Of a stretch of 64,000 bases of DNA, positions 8,706 to 19,360 are shown one piece after another (the stretch's first letter is position 1; every line of letters starts with the position of its first letter). Both the position numbers and the translations under genes were made by a program. The stretch comes from Calditrichales bacterium. GTDB lineage: Bacteria; Calditrichota; Calditrichia; Calditrichales; J004. The stretch lies in contig OZ254086.1 of NCBI GenBank assembly GCA_965267575.1, forward strand, positions 3,872,001 to 3,936,000. Reading direction: 5' to 3'. The notes beneath the pieces are model-generated. The model ran no database searches. It was given only the letters and a program-made list of their open reading frames with translations, and was not told the DNA's origin.

Positions 8706-10979
8706 TCAGGCTTCCTGCGGAATCATTTCCAGTATTTTCAGGGCGCTCTGCTTGGAAACCGCGCCGCTCTCCAGCGTTGGTCCCACACAGGACGGGCATC
8801 CGCTCTGGCAGGGACAGGCCTTTATATGTTCCATCGCTGCTTTTAGTAGGGCTCTTTCGCGCTTATAAAGTTTCTTGCTTAACCCGATGCCGCCCTGGTA
8901 TTTGTCATAAATGTAGACAGTCGGTAAATGGCTGAACGGGTCGCGTACCATGGAGAAAACGGCCACATCGCTTTGGTCGCACATCACGTAGAGCGGCACC
9001 AGCTTGCCAAGGGCGTAGGCAATCCCCTTCAGGCCTTCGCCGATAACCGATTCCTTAAAATACGGGTGGGCAAATGAGCTGTCCGGAAACTGCAACATCA
9101 TCGCGTCGGTCTGCATTTCCAGTTCCGGCAAATAGACCCGGCCAAAACCAATATTTTCGTGGCTGCGAAATTTGATCTTTTTATAGCCAGTGGTTGTTCG
9201 CGTCACGGCCACTTCGCCGCAGTATTTTACATACACCCCTTCATCTTTCTCTTCCACCACGTCCAGAACCTTTATGTCGACCTTGGTGATGGCATCCGTA
9301 TAATGGTCGGAATCCACGCGGTGCACGTAGGCTTTGCGCTCTTCCCAATCCAGCTTATCTACATAAAAGGGCACGCTGTCATGTATATAGATTGCTTCAT
9401 CGTGAACCAGTTCCTGGCTGGCAAACAGGTCAATCTCACCAATAACGCGGTTCTTGTTGGATGTATCGATGATTACCACGTTTTCCTGCGTCGCGTTGCG
9501 CAGGCTTACCTCGTCCGCGGGATAGATCTCGCTCATCCAGAAGTATTTGCCGTCGGTTTTGCGCAAAATGCGCTCATCGTTGAGATAATCCAGCAGCTGT
9601 CCGGTAATGTGGGGAACGAACTCTTCGTTTTCCTCAAATGGCAGCTCAAAGGCAGCGCATTTCAGGTGGCTCATCAAAATGGGCAGATTCTGTCGATCGA
9701 TAAAAGCCGTCTCGGGATTCTTGCCAAGAAAATAATCGGGATGTTCGATGATATACTGGTCCAAAGGTGCGCTGGAAGCCACGAGAATCGTCATGGAAAC
9801 GCTTTGCCGCCGCCCTGCCCGACCAGCCTGCTGCCAGGTGCTGGCGATTGAGCCGGGATAGCCGGCCATGATCGCAACATCAAGCTGACCTATATCAATA
9901 CCAAGCTCCAGGGCATTCGTGCTTACTACAACACGTATGTCACCATTCTTCAGGCCTTTCTCGATAGCTCTTCTTTCCAGGGGCAAATAGCCGCCGCGAT
10001 AACCGCGTATCTGGTTTTTGGGGATCTTCATCTCACGCGCCAGGTCGTGCAGGTAGGTTACCAGCAATTCCACGCGCATACGGCTGCGGGCAAATACGAT
10101 GATCTGCGCGCCTGTGGGCAATAATGTGCGTACAACATTCTTCACTTCATTGACAACGCCGCGACGCAACCCGATCTCGGCATTGACCACGGGCGGATTG
10201 TAAAACAGGAAGTGCTTTTCGCCGCTGGGAGCGCCGTTATCATCCACCAGTTCCACATCCTCGCCGATGATTTTTTCGGCCAGCTCTTTCGGATTGTCGA
10301 TTGTTGCGCTGGAGCAGATAAAGCGCGGATTACTGCCGTAAAAAGCACAAAGCCGCTTTAGCCGGGCCAGCAGATTGGCCATGTGGCTGCCAAAAACACC
10401 GCGATAGGTGTGCAGTTCGTCCATCACGATAAAGCGCAGATTTTCAAAAAGCTTTATCCACAGGGTGTGGTGCGGCAAAATGCCCTGGTGCAACATGTCC
10501 GGGTTGGTCACCACGATGTTACCCGCCGTTCGGATCGTTCGTCGTACATCTGCCGGTGTATCACCATCGAAAGTAAACGTTTTCAGCGATGCTTTTAGCC
10601 TGTCATTCAGGTCCTGTACCTCAATAAGCTGGTCCTGGGAAAGCGCCTTGGTCGGAAACAGATAGAGCGCCCGCGCTTCGGGGTTATCAAGAAAATGATT
10701 GAACACGGGCAGGTTATAAGCCATCGTCTTGCCTGATGCCGTCGGCGTAACAACAACGATATTTTTGTTTTGGTTGTAGACCAGATCAAAGGCCTGCGCC
10801 TGGTGCGTATAAAGCTCTTTTACGCCTTTGTTTGTCAGCGCTTCGCGGATACGCGGATTAAGTTTTTCGGGAAACGGAGCATAGCGGGCGGGACGCGGCT
10901 CTATGGTCATCCAGCGCGTCAGTCGCGATTGAAATGTGCTGTCTGCGGAGAGGTAATCGACAAGTTGTGCTAAATTCAT
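8706..10979 (-). CDS. MrfA/YprA-like DEXH helicase with C-terminal Cys-rich (DUF1998/MZB-type) domain
   Basis: LYTHQ Q-motif, TASGKT, DELH, SAT, ALELGIDIG, QQAGRAGR; C-terminal CD...CPCQSGCPSC. Confidence 0.92.
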   Translation of the reverse strand: MNLAQLVDYLSADSTFQSRLTRWMTIEPRPARYAPFPEKLNPRIREALTNKGVKELYTHQAQAFDLVYNQNKNIVVVTPTASGKTMAYNLPVFNHFLDNPEARALYLFPTKALSQDQLIEVQDLNDRLKASLKTFTFDGDTPADVRRTIRTAGNIVVTNPDMLHQGILPHHTLWIKLFENLRFIVMDELHTYRGVFGSHMANLLARLKRLCAFYGSNPRFICSSATIDNPKELAEKIIGEDVELVDDNGAPSGEKHFLFYNPPVVNAEIGLRRGVVNEVKNVVRTLLPTGAQIIVFARSRMRVELLVTYLHDLAREMKIPKNQIRGYRGGYLPLERRAIEKGLKNGDIRVVVSTNALELGIDIGQLDVAIMAGYPGSIASTWQQAGRAGRRQSVSMTILVASSAPLDQYIIEHPDYFLGKNPETAFIDRQNLPILMSHLKCAAFELPFEENEEFVPHITGQLLDYLNDERILRKTDGKYFWMSEIYPADEVSLRNATQENVVIIDTSNKNRVIGEIDLFASQELVHDEAIYIHDSVPFYVDKLDWEERKAYVHRVDSDHYTDAITKVDIKVLDVVEEKDEGVYVKYCGEVAVTRTTTGYKKIKFRSHENIGFGRVYLPELEMQTDAMMLQFPDSSFAHPYFKESVIGEGLKGIAYALGKLVPLYVMCDQSDVAVFSMVRDPFSHLPTVYIYDKYQGGIGLSKKLYKRERALLKAAMEHIKACPCQSGCPSCVGPTLESGAVSKQSALKILEMIPQEA

Positions 10980-11006
10980 TGCATGGCATCCGGGTACAAT
11001 GCGCAG

Positions 11007-11035
11007 AAATTAAAATGGTATACGTTCGGATACAA
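11007..11035 (-). promoter_or_regulatory. Putative sigma70-type promoter for the mrfAB-like pair
   Basis: Minus strand TTGTAT-17 nt-TAATTT immediately after the upstream terminator. Confidence 0.45.
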
Positions 11036-11037
11036 AT

Positions 11038-11070
11038 AAAAAAAGCCTGCTGTGTGAGAGCAGGCCTTTT
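11038..11070 (-). terminator. Rho-independent terminator after the TolB-like gene
   Basis: Minus strand GCCTGCT-CTCACAC-AGCAGGC followed by T7. Confidence 0.75.
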
Positions 11071-11123
11071 AAGCATTTGATGTAGTTTACCGCCAGACGG
11101 CAATATTTGTAATTTTCGGAAAA

Positions 11124-12461
11124 TCAGAGTCCGCTCAAAGCGGCATCAATGCTGGCGATTACGTCAGAAACAGTAGGCTGTGCCGATGACTGCGTAAGGT
11201 CCAGCAGGTAGAGATTGTAGTTGCCGCCGCGGTCCGAATGAAACAGCACTTTGGTGGCGTCACCGGAAAATACGGGATTCAGGTCATCCGCCGGGTTGGA
11301 TGTCAAACGAATCTGCTCGGAGCCGTCAGCATTCATCTGGTAAACTTCATAGTTGCCGTCACGATCGCTGAAAAAGGCGATCTTGCTGCCGTCTTTGGAA
11401 ATATCCGGCGCCGTATCATTTACGCCGCTGTTAAAAGTGATTCGTTTTTTATTGGTGCCGTCAAATTGAATCTTATAAATCTGATAGGAGCCTTCTTCAT
11501 CACTGTCGTAAAACAACGTGCCCTTTTCTTCCGTGCTGCCCGGTGCCACAACCGCGTTACCGTCGTCGGATTCGTTTTCTGTCACGCGGAGCTGAAAACG
11601 CCCGTCATCTTCCATGATATACACTTCACTGCGCAACTGCCCAAAATCAACGTCGCGCAGATCATCGCGCTCACTTACAAAAGAGATAAAATGACCGCTG
11701 TGCGCGAAACGCGGGCGCCAGTCGTCGGCGCTGTTTTGCGTAACATTCATCACGCGGTCCATCTCCAGATTATGGATCATGATATCGCGTACTTTAAGAA
11801 AATACTCGACGTTACGGTGGTCTTCTACTGTAGAAGTATAGGCTATCGATTTGCCATCGGGACCGTACACCGGCATCTCTTCGTGATGCGGCGTTTTGGT
11901 AAGCTGTTTCGTTTCGCCGCTGGCCATGTCGTATTCAAAAATATCCCAGTTGCCGTCGGGATCCGCCTGATAGATAATTTTGCTGTCATCCGCGGAAAAA
12001 CTGCCAAAAGCTTCGTTGGCGGACGTGGCCACCAGCGGCGTCACCTTGAAAGCATCCACAAATTTCGGCGCAATGCGATCCAGGTAAGCATTTCCGGATG
12101 AGCTCTGCAGTACTTCTTTGTAAGCGGTTAACGCACGCCGTTTGTCCCCCATCTGCTCAGAAATCTCGCCGTACATGATTTTGGTCTCGGGATCGTTCGG
12201 GTCAATAGATAAGCCACCCTCTAACACCTTGAGGGCATCAAGACTGCGGCCGTTTTCATGGTAGAATTGTGCCAGCTGCCGGCGGTACTCAAGATTATTG
12301 GGATTGCTGTCCACCTGGTCATGCAGCTCTTCGGCCCTTGACTGCAGCATTTCATCCTGGAAAGGAGCGTATTCTCCGGTCGCGCTTTTGGACCCGGAAC
12401 AGGCTGCCAGCATCCAGGCAATAAGCACACCTGCTAATAATGTTACAATCCGCTTGCTCAT
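11124..12461 (-). CDS. Lipoprotein with N-terminal TPR and TolB-like (PD40) beta-propeller
   Basis: Lipobox LAAC, TPR-like helices, repeated P-x-(F/I)S-x-DG-x-x-I-x-F-x-SDRDG units. Confidence 0.85.
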   Translation of the reverse strand: MSKRIVTLLAGVLIAWMLAACSGSKSATGEYAPFQDEMLQSRAEELHDQVDSNPNNLEYRRQLAQFYHENGRSLDALKVLEGGLSIDPNDPETKIMYGEISEQMGDKRRALTAYKEVLQSSSGNAYLDRIAPKFVDAFKVTPLVATSANEAFGSFSADDSKIIYQADPDGNWDIFEYDMASGETKQLTKTPHHEEMPVYGPDGKSIAYTSTVEDHRNVEYFLKVRDIMIHNLEMDRVMNVTQNSADDWRPRFAHSGHFISFVSERDDLRDVDFGQLRSEVYIMEDDGRFQLRVTENESDDGNAVVAPGSTEEKGTLFYDSDEEGSYQIYKIQFDGTNKKRITFNSGVNDTAPDISKDGSKIAFFSDRDGNYEVYQMNADGSEQIRLTSNPADDLNPVFSGDATKVLFHSDRGGNYNLYLLDLTQSSAQPTVSDVIASIDAALSGL

Positions 12462-12478
12462 AAAAAAGCTCCTTGGTA

Positions 12479-15400
12479 TTAGCCTTTTATTTGATTGATG
12501 CGTTTTTCGGCATCACGTTTAAGAATCAAATCTATACCGGGCCTGTCGATAATTTCCTGGTACATGCGCACGGCATCGGAAATACGGCCCAGTTTTTCAT
12601 ATGCCTGGCCGGAATAATAAAGAGCACTGGCCTCCCATTGCAGCTTCGTTTTTTTGGACATCAACGGGATCTTTACGAATTCAGCAATGGCTTCCTCGTA
12701 TTGTCCTGCTTTGAGATAGGCCTCGCCGATATAGAATTGTATTTCCGGCTCCCTTTCAGTATCGGCTTCTAATTTGATAGTTTTAAGATATTCTACCGCG
12801 TTTTGAAACTGATTAAGGTTTATAAAGGCCTGAGCGACAACAAGCTTTTTGTCCAGCCGGTCTTCGGCACGCGGATATTTTTCGATATACTCCCTGGCCA
12901 AACCCTGGGCGGCATCCCAAAACCCGGTCAATGTATATGTTTTTATCAGATTGCTCATCACCTGACCGGAAAGCTCGTCGTCCTTGCTGCGCTGCAGGGC
13001 GGTTTTGAATGTGGCAATGGCCGCGTCGTATTTCTCCGTACGGAAATGCAGCGTACCCAGCGTGTTAAGCACCCAAGGGATTTTGTCGCTGCCCGGATAA
13101 TTTTTCTCGAAGTTCGTTAAAATCTCGAAGGCGTCCTCGTACTTGTTTAGCGTAATATAGGTCAAAGCCGTGTAATACTCGGCATCATCCACGCTGGAAG
13201 AACGCTTATACGATCGCTTTACGGTATTAAACGAATTTATAGCCCGGTCAAAGTTCTTGTTGCGGCGGTGGTAATCGCCCAGCTCCAGCGTAAAACGGGC
13301 CAGGTAATCATTTTCATCGGAAAAAGAGCGCTTGTACTCTTTTATGTAATTCTCGCTCTCGGCAATCGCGCCGGTCTTGATCTTGCAGATTATGAATTTT
13401 CCGCGTATCTCTTTTTCGGCGGCGTTCCCGCGGAAAAGCCGGGCCAGGTCATCGTATATGGCGGCAGCTTTGTCAAACTGCTGCTCTTCAAAATAGATAT
13501 CCGCGGCGGAAAGCCGGGCCTGGCCATACATGCTGCCCGCCTCTTTGGACACTTTCTCATAGTAGTTCTGCGCCAGAAGTTTTTTGTTTTGCTTGCGGTA
13601 CAATTCAGCCAATTCAAAACTGACCAGATCACGCAGGCCCCCCTGCGGCGCAAGACGAAGATAGTCGCTCAGCAGGCTCCGTGCTTCTTCCTCGTGCCCC
13701 AGTCTTGCATGGGCCAGCCCAAGGTAAACCACATTATTGCTATAGTTGTCATCGAGAAAAGCGCCGCCCAGTACCAGGTCATTACGGAAGGGATGGCGCA
13801 CCACCTGTGCGAGAGCCGCAACCGTCTCCTCGTACTGGCCCGCTTTAAAAGTGAGCTCGCCCTGTTCCTGCGCTGCCTGCTCGGCTTCTTCGCTGTAAAA
13901 GTAAATATTTTTCATACGCTCAAGTAGCTGCAGGGCGCCGGCATACTGCCCTTCTTCACGCAGGCTTTGAATAACCTCCTGCAAGGCCAGTACCGCGAAC
14001 CGCGAATTGGCATGGCTCAATGCAATCTGCTTGTATATCTCCAGCGCAACCGCCGGACTCTCAGATTTTTTCAGCCGCGCGTAGCCAAACAGGTAAGAAG
14101 GATAGCGCTCCGATTGCTTAAATTCTGAAATCAGCTTTTTGAAATACTCTTCGGCATCATCGATAAAGCGCGTGTCAAATGCGAGGGTATGGGCCAGGTT
14201 TTCATACCACTGCTCGCGCAAAGGACTTTGCGGGTATTTTTTGATCAGCGTTTCAATGTAGCTTTTCTGTTTTTCCAGCGAGATCGTATCAATATTGATC
14301 TTGGTTTGCACCATCAGCCAGGATGCTTCATCGGGCTCGCTGCATGTGGAAATATTTTCCACGGATTTCGTAAACGCCTCCGCCGCTTTGTTCATGTAGA
14401 GCTGGCTTTGCGCTTCATTGCTGTTCTCGGCATCGGCCATTTTCAGCAAGGTCTTGCCAATGTATAAATGCGCATCACCGGGACGGTTTCCTTTTTGCAG
14501 GGCCTGTTCAAAATGCATCCGTGCATTGTTATAGTCTTTCAGATCATCGTAATACAGGCGGCCCAGCCGGAAAGACGTATTGCCCGTGCCCGAATTCATC
14601 GCCGCCAGCATATCGACTACGCTTTTAATAGTCTGACCCTGGTCCACCAGATGATAATTTACGATGTTGGCGTAGAGGGCATCGGCTTCTTCATAATGTA
14701 TGCTCGCCGGGAACTGATCCAGTATCTGGCGCAGGTGATAGGCGCATTCATCATATTCTTTGAGCGCTTTATTGGCCACGGCCAGATAAAAGTGCAGATT
14801 ATCGAGCGCCGGGTGGCGCGTTAGCACGGGCAGCTGCGGGGCAATCTCTCTTACCAGGTTCTGCCAGCGTTTGGCCTTGTAGAGCACTTCCGCCAAACGC
14901 ACGATGTATTCTTCGGAAGAAGGAGCCTCGCGCATGCGCTGATAGGTAAAGGCCAGTGCCTGGTCATATTCGCCGTCGCGCTCCAGCCAGGAAAAATAGA
15001 TATTGCTGACCGCTTTGTTCAGGCTGTGAGCACTGCTGCCCTGCAGAAGCGCATTGTTCAGCAATTCGCGGCCCTTTGTTTTCAGGTTTTGGCGGCGCAA
15101 CGCCAGAGCATGCTTTAGAGCAATGGCCAGAGCAAGCGAATCGTTGTCCGTTTCCGCCTTTTCGTAGGCGCCTGCCGCCAGCGCATAACGTTCCTGCAGG
15201 AAATAGGCATCGCCGTTTAAAACCTGTATCCGTCCGGACATCTTATCCGCCGGGATTTTTGCGGTATACTGCGGCACTTTCTCAGCCTGGCCGCTGATCA
15301 GGTAGGATTGGGCCAAAGCCAGCGCGGCATCCTCGGCCTGCGCCGATGCCGGAAAGCGCTCCAGCACGGTACTGAAATGTTTGATGGCGTTTTCGGCATA

Positions 15401-16090
15401 GCCGGAATTCAGATCGATGACACCCAGCAGGTAATACGCTTCCGCCAGCTCAGCCGGATCGCTGCTCGTATCCAGCACTTTTTGCAGCTGTTCCGCCGCA
15501 TCTACGTTCAGTCCGCGTTCCATAAAAACACGGGCCAGTTCCAGCAAAGCCTGATTGTAGGGTGTACTGCCCGGATAGCGTTCACGCAGCCCGTGCAAAA
15601 CATTTTCCGCCTTGGATAAGCTGCCGCTGAGCCGGTAATTGCGCCCCGATCTGTAGAGGGCTTCCGGCGCCAGGGCATCCTGCGGGTACAATATTTTTAC
15701 CGTCTCGAATGCTTTGGCTGCTTCGGACGGATCATTCAGCTTTTCATAGCATTCGCCTGTCTTGAACCAGCCTTCGGGACTGCGCGGGCTGCGCGGAAAC
15801 TCCAGCGCCAGCGACTGAAATTCGACGCGGGCTTTGGCGTAATCACCCAGAATAAAAAGCGACATACCCGAATAGTAGCGGGCTTCATCAGCTTTGTCGC
15901 TCTCGGGATAAGCGTTGTAATACTTAATAAACTGCTGTGCGGCCAGGTCATAAAACTTCTGGTTGTAAAGCTTCAGCGCGTAAGAAAAATCGCGCCCGGC
16001 GTCATTCACCTGGGCCGGCGCCATCGAGACAATCAGCATGACGCCTACAAATGTCAGCAGGCTATTCTTCAAGTGGAGAAAGATTTGCAT
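12479..16090 (-). CDS. Large (~1200 aa) secreted TPR-repeat protein
   Basis: Signal-peptide-like N terminus; many TPR units of the YPxS...A.Y..G type. Start uncertain (16135, 16090 or TTG 16072). Confidence 0.85.
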   Translation of the reverse strand: MQIFLHLKNSLLTFVGVMLIVSMAPAQVNDAGRDFSYALKLYNQKFYDLAAQQFIKYYNAYPESDKADEARYYSGMSLFILGDYAKARVEFQSLALEFPRSPRSPEGWFKTGECYEKLNDPSEAAKAFETVKILYPQDALAPEALYRSGRNYRLSGSLSKAENVLHGLRERYPGSTPYNQALLELARVFMERGLNVDAAEQLQKVLDTSSDPAELAEAYYLLGVIDLNSGYAENAIKHFSTVLERFPASAQAEDAALALAQSYLISGQAEKVPQYTAKIPADKMSGRIQVLNGDAYFLQERYALAAGAYEKAETDNDSLALAIALKHALALRRQNLKTKGRELLNNALLQGSSAHSLNKAVSNIYFSWLERDGEYDQALAFTYQRMREAPSSEEYIVRLAEVLYKAKRWQNLVREIAPQLPVLTRHPALDNLHFYLAVANKALKEYDECAYHLRQILDQFPASIHYEEADALYANIVNYHLVDQGQTIKSVVDMLAAMNSGTGNTSFRLGRLYYDDLKDYNNARMHFEQALQKGNRPGDAHLYIGKTLLKMADAENSNEAQSQLYMNKAAEAFTKSVENISTCSEPDEASWLMVQTKINIDTISLEKQKSYIETLIKKYPQSPLREQWYENLAHTLAFDTRFIDDAEEYFKKLISEFKQSERYPSYLFGYARLKKSESPAVALEIYKQIALSHANSRFAVLALQEVIQSLREEGQYAGALQLLERMKNIYFYSEEAEQAAQEQGELTFKAGQYEETVAALAQVVRHPFRNDLVLGGAFLDDNYSNNVVYLGLAHARLGHEEEARSLLSDYLRLAPQGGLRDLVSFELAELYRKQNKKLLAQNYYEKVSKEAGSMYGQARLSAADIYFEEQQFDKAAAIYDDLARLFRGNAAEKEIRGKFIICKIKTGAIAESENYIKEYKRSFSDENDYLARFTLELGDYHRRNKNFDRAINSFNTVKRSYKRSSSVDDAEYYTALTYITLNKYEDAFEILTNFEKNYPGSDKIPWVLNTLGTLHFRTEKYDAAIATFKTALQRSKDDELSGQVMSNLIKTYTLTGFWDAAQGLAREYIEKYPRAEDRLDKKLVVAQAFINLNQFQNAVEYLKTIKLEADTEREPEIQFYIGEAYLKAGQYEEAIAEFVKIPLMSKKTKLQWEASALYYSGQAYEKLGRISDAVRMYQEIIDRPGIDLILKRDAEKRINQIKG

Positions 16091-18290
16091 AGGCTTTAAT
16101 AAGCTTCTTAACAATACCCTGATCGGTAAATTCAACGGTTATTTTCATTTTATCGCCATGACCCTCCAGATCGCGGATGAGGCCTTTGCCAAAGGTGGCG
16201 TGGTAAACCCGCTGGCCCACCTTAAATATTTCATCCTTGTCCTGGTTTTCATCGTGCCGGTCAATATAGGCGTTTATTTTGCTCTTTCTGCGCCGTGTAC
16301 GCCCTACCCGGCTGGACGGCATTGCCGCGTAAGGGCTTGTGCCGCTGCTAACGTAAAGCAATTCCGGCGGAATTTCATCCAGAAACAGAGATGGCGTATT
16401 CTTAACAATATTATTATTGCGCCTTCTTTGCAGCGCATAACTCAAATACAGTTTTTCCTCCGCGCGCGTCATGCCCACATAAAGCAGTCTGCGCTCCTCT
16501 TCCAGTTCCCGCAGGTCTGCTTCATTTCTTTGCAGCGGCAACAGGCCCATCTCCATCCCGGCAATAAACACAACCGGAAATTCAAGGCCTTTCGCGGCGT
16601 GTAAAGTCATTAATGTTACGGCATTGGAATCCGAATTCCAATTGTCAACATCGGTCATCAGGCTAACTTCTTCCAGAAATTCGGCAAGTGATGTGGAGTT
16701 GCCCGCGGCCTCGCGCTCTTCCACAAATTGCTCCAGGCTGCGGAATAATTCATTGATATTGGCAACTCGGCTTTCACTTTCATACTGATCGTATTCCGTC
16801 TTGTAATGATGAATCACACCGGATTCGCCCGCCAGCGTGGAAGCCAGCTCCGCCGCCGAAAGCTCTTTGCTCAGTTTCATATAATTGCAGATCAGGTCGT
16901 AAAATCCCAGCACGCGTTCGCCCATCGCCTTGGAAATTGATGCGATTTCATCCACCCGGCCGAGGGCATCAAACAAGACGATCTCCTCCATCTCGGCAAA
17001 TTTTTCAATCTTGCCAACGGTCGTATCGCCGATGCCGCGCAGCGGAAAATTTATAACGCGCTTTAACGCTACACTGTCCGACGGGTTTACAATTAATCGT
17101 AAATACGCCAGAATGTCCTTGATCTCCTTGCGTTCATAAAAACGCACGCCGCCTACGATATCATAGGAGATGGCATTTTTGCGCATTTCATCTTCGATGA
17201 TGCGGCTTTGAAAATTGGTACGGTAAAGAATGGCGATTTCGCGAAAATTGCGCTTATTTGTATAAACCTCATCATGGATTTTTTCGCGGATACGTTGCGC
17301 TTCCTGGAAATCATTCTGGGCTATTTGCAGCTCAATTTTTGTACCGTCCTGGCGCTTTGTCCACAGGTCCTTGCCGATCCTTTCCTGGTTATGCTTAACC
17401 ACGGAATTAGCCGCCTTGAGGATAAAATTGTTACTACGGTAATTCTCTTCTAGCTTGAACACAGATGCTTTTTTAAAGTCCTTCTGGAAATTAAGGATAT
17501 TCCCGATATCAGCACCGCGCCAACCGTAAATGGCTTGGTCTTCATCGCCAACTACACAGAGATTGCCATGTTCCTGCACCAGTTTCTTAACCAAAAGATA
17601 CTGCGCATGGTTGGTATCCTGGTATTCATCCACGAGAACGTACTTAAATTTATTGCTGTATTTTTTCAGGATTTCCGGTTTGTCATTAAACAGCTGAATG
17701 GGTTTGATCAGCAGGTCGTCAAAATCGAACGCATTGTTTTCGCGCAAAAAGCGCTGGTATGACATATAGATCGAGGGCATAAATTCATCCAGCCCCTCGC
17801 GTTTTTCTTCCTTATATAAATCATCGGGGAAAAGGAACTGGTTTTTTATCTTGGAAAGACGGTTTTGAATCATCTTTGGATTGTAGAGCTGCTGCGGAAC
17901 ACTCAACGTGCTGATCACCTTTTTTAACGCCCGCACCTGGTCTTCCACGTCGTAAATGGTAAAATTCCGATCGTAGCCCAGCTCTTCGGCTTCAATGCGT
18001 AAAATACGCGCGCAAATACTGTGAAAGGTTCCGATCCACAGCCCTCGTGGTGTGTCCGTGATCAGTTTATCAACACGCTGCTTCATCTCCCTGGCCGCTT
18101 TATTGGTAAAAGTAACGGCCAGAATATTGGAGGGGTCTACATTTTCTTTGGATATCAGATAAGCAATGCGGGTGGTAAGCATCCTGGTTTTGCCGCTGCC
18201 TGCCCCGGCAAGTATTAAAACAGGCCCTTCCGTGTGCTTTACCGCCCTGGCCTGCTCATCATTTAACCCGCTAAAGTCAAAACCCATCAA
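16062..18290 (-). CDS. pcrA: ATP-dependent DNA helicase PcrA/UvrD
   Basis: AGAGSGKT, TFTNKAA, DEYQDTN, GDEDQAIYGWRGA, TLHAAKGLEF, EERRLLYVGMTRA; Tudor-like C terminus (GQRVYHATFGKG). Confidence 0.95.
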   Translation of the reverse strand: MMGFDFSGLNDEQARAVKHTEGPVLILAGAGSGKTRMLTTRIAYLISKENVDPSNILAVTFTNKAAREMKQRVDKLITDTPRGLWIGTFHSICARILRIEAEELGYDRNFTIYDVEDQVRALKKVISTLSVPQQLYNPKMIQNRLSKIKNQFLFPDDLYKEEKREGLDEFMPSIYMSYQRFLRENNAFDFDDLLIKPIQLFNDKPEILKKYSNKFKYVLVDEYQDTNHAQYLLVKKLVQEHGNLCVVGDEDQAIYGWRGADIGNILNFQKDFKKASVFKLEENYRSNNFILKAANSVVKHNQERIGKDLWTKRQDGTKIELQIAQNDFQEAQRIREKIHDEVYTNKRNFREIAILYRTNFQSRIIEDEMRKNAISYDIVGGVRFYERKEIKDILAYLRLIVNPSDSVALKRVINFPLRGIGDTTVGKIEKFAEMEEIVLFDALGRVDEIASISKAMGERVLGFYDLICNYMKLSKELSAAELASTLAGESGVIHHYKTEYDQYESESRVANINELFRSLEQFVEEREAAGNSTSLAEFLEEVSLMTDVDNWNSDSNAVTLMTLHAAKGLEFPVVFIAGMEMGLLPLQRNEADLRELEEERRLLYVGMTRAEEKLYLSYALQRRRNNNIVKNTPSLFLDEIPPELLYVSSGTSPYAAMPSSRVGRTRRRKSKINAYIDRHDENQDKDEIFKVGQRVYHATFGKGLIRDLEGHGDKMKITVEFTDQGIVKKLIKAYANLSPLEE

Positions 18291-18298
18291 AATTCCTT

Positions 18299-19360
18299 TT
18301 AATTATTAGGATTGTTTTTGCGCCTCAGCTCGCGCCTTACTTTATCAAAAGCGGCTTTGGCTTTCAAATGTTCTTTGAATGTCCGTGAAAATTCATGGCT
18401 GCCATCGCCAACAGCCACCATGTACAGATAAGATGTTTGCGCCGGGAAAAGCACGGCCCGTATGGACGCCTCGCCGGGATTGTTGATGGGACCCGGTGGC
18501 AGGCCGGCGTATTTATAGGTGTTGTACGGGGAGTCTATTTCAAGGTCCCGGTTAAGCAGGCGTCGCGGCGGACCGGATATGATATACTGAATCGTCGGGT
18601 CTGCCTGCAGGCGCATGCCCTTGCGCAACCGGTTTAGGTAAACCGAGGCTATTACCGGGCGCTCTTCATCCACGATGGCTTCACCTTCCACGATCGAGGC
18701 CAGCGTAAGAATCTCGTCGCGGCTGAAACCCGATTTTTTCATGGCCTGTTTAATTTCATCTTCATCAAAAATGGCCAGCGTCTGTTCAACCATATAGCCA
18801 ATAACCGACCGGGCATCGGTGGCGCGCGAAAAAAAATAGGTGTTCGGCAACAGGTATCCTTCAAGAGTCGGCACATCCAGCCCAAATTCAGCAATAAAAG
18901 CCTCATCCGCACACAGACTGTCAAATTGCCCGCTGCTTATACCAAGCTGTGCCGCGGCTCGCTCGGCCATGCGCCGATATGTCCAGCCTTCCGGAAAGGT
19001 TACAGCCTGGGTTGTCTCCCTGGCTTCGGAAAGATAGTTAACAAGCTGATAATAATTCAGCCCGCGGGGAATGGTATAATGGCCGGCACGCAGACGCGTT
19101 TCATAGCCCAGGGTTTTGGCCCAGAAAACAAAAATGTCCCTGTCCTCAATAAGTTTTTTATTGTAAAGCGAATCCGCGATCTGATCGAGATAGGCCCCAC
19201 GGGGAATATGCAGATCGATTCCTTCCCGATCGGATTCCGATCTGAACATCGGTCTGGCAAAATAATCAAGCACGTCAATCAGCAAAATCGGTGTAATGAA
19301 AATTATAATTAAAACCGCTTTTTGCTTGCCGCTCAGGCGATCCAGTAATTTAATACTCAT
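18299..19360 (-). CDS. mltG: Endolytic transglycosylase MltG
   Basis: N-terminal TM, LEGYLLPNTY, LASIVEGEA, LQADPT, SPYNTY and GLPPGPINNPG motifs. Confidence 0.95.
   Translation of the reverse strand: MSIKLLDRLSGKQKAVLIIIFITPILLIDVLDYFARPMFRSESDREGIDLHIPRGAYLDQIADSLYNKKLIEDRDIFVFWAKTLGYETRLRAGHYTIPRGLNYYQLVNYLSEARETTQAVTFPEGWTYRRMAERAAAQLGISSGQFDSLCADEAFIAEFGLDVPTLEGYLLPNTYFFSRATDARSVIGYMVEQTLAIFDEDEIKQAMKKSGFSRDEILTLASIVEGEAIVDEERPVIASVYLNRLRKGMRLQADPTIQYIISGPPRRLLNRDLEIDSPYNTYKYAGLPPGPINNPGEASIRAVLFPAQTSYLYMVAVGDGSHEFSRTFKEHLKAKAAFDKVRRELRRKNNPNN

Noticed and set aside
11017..11029. CGAAC half-site in the mrfA-like promoter spacer as a LexA (Cheo) box
   Set aside because: The second half-site GTTC is absent (reads CGAACGTATACC), and this lineage's LexA motif is unknown to me.
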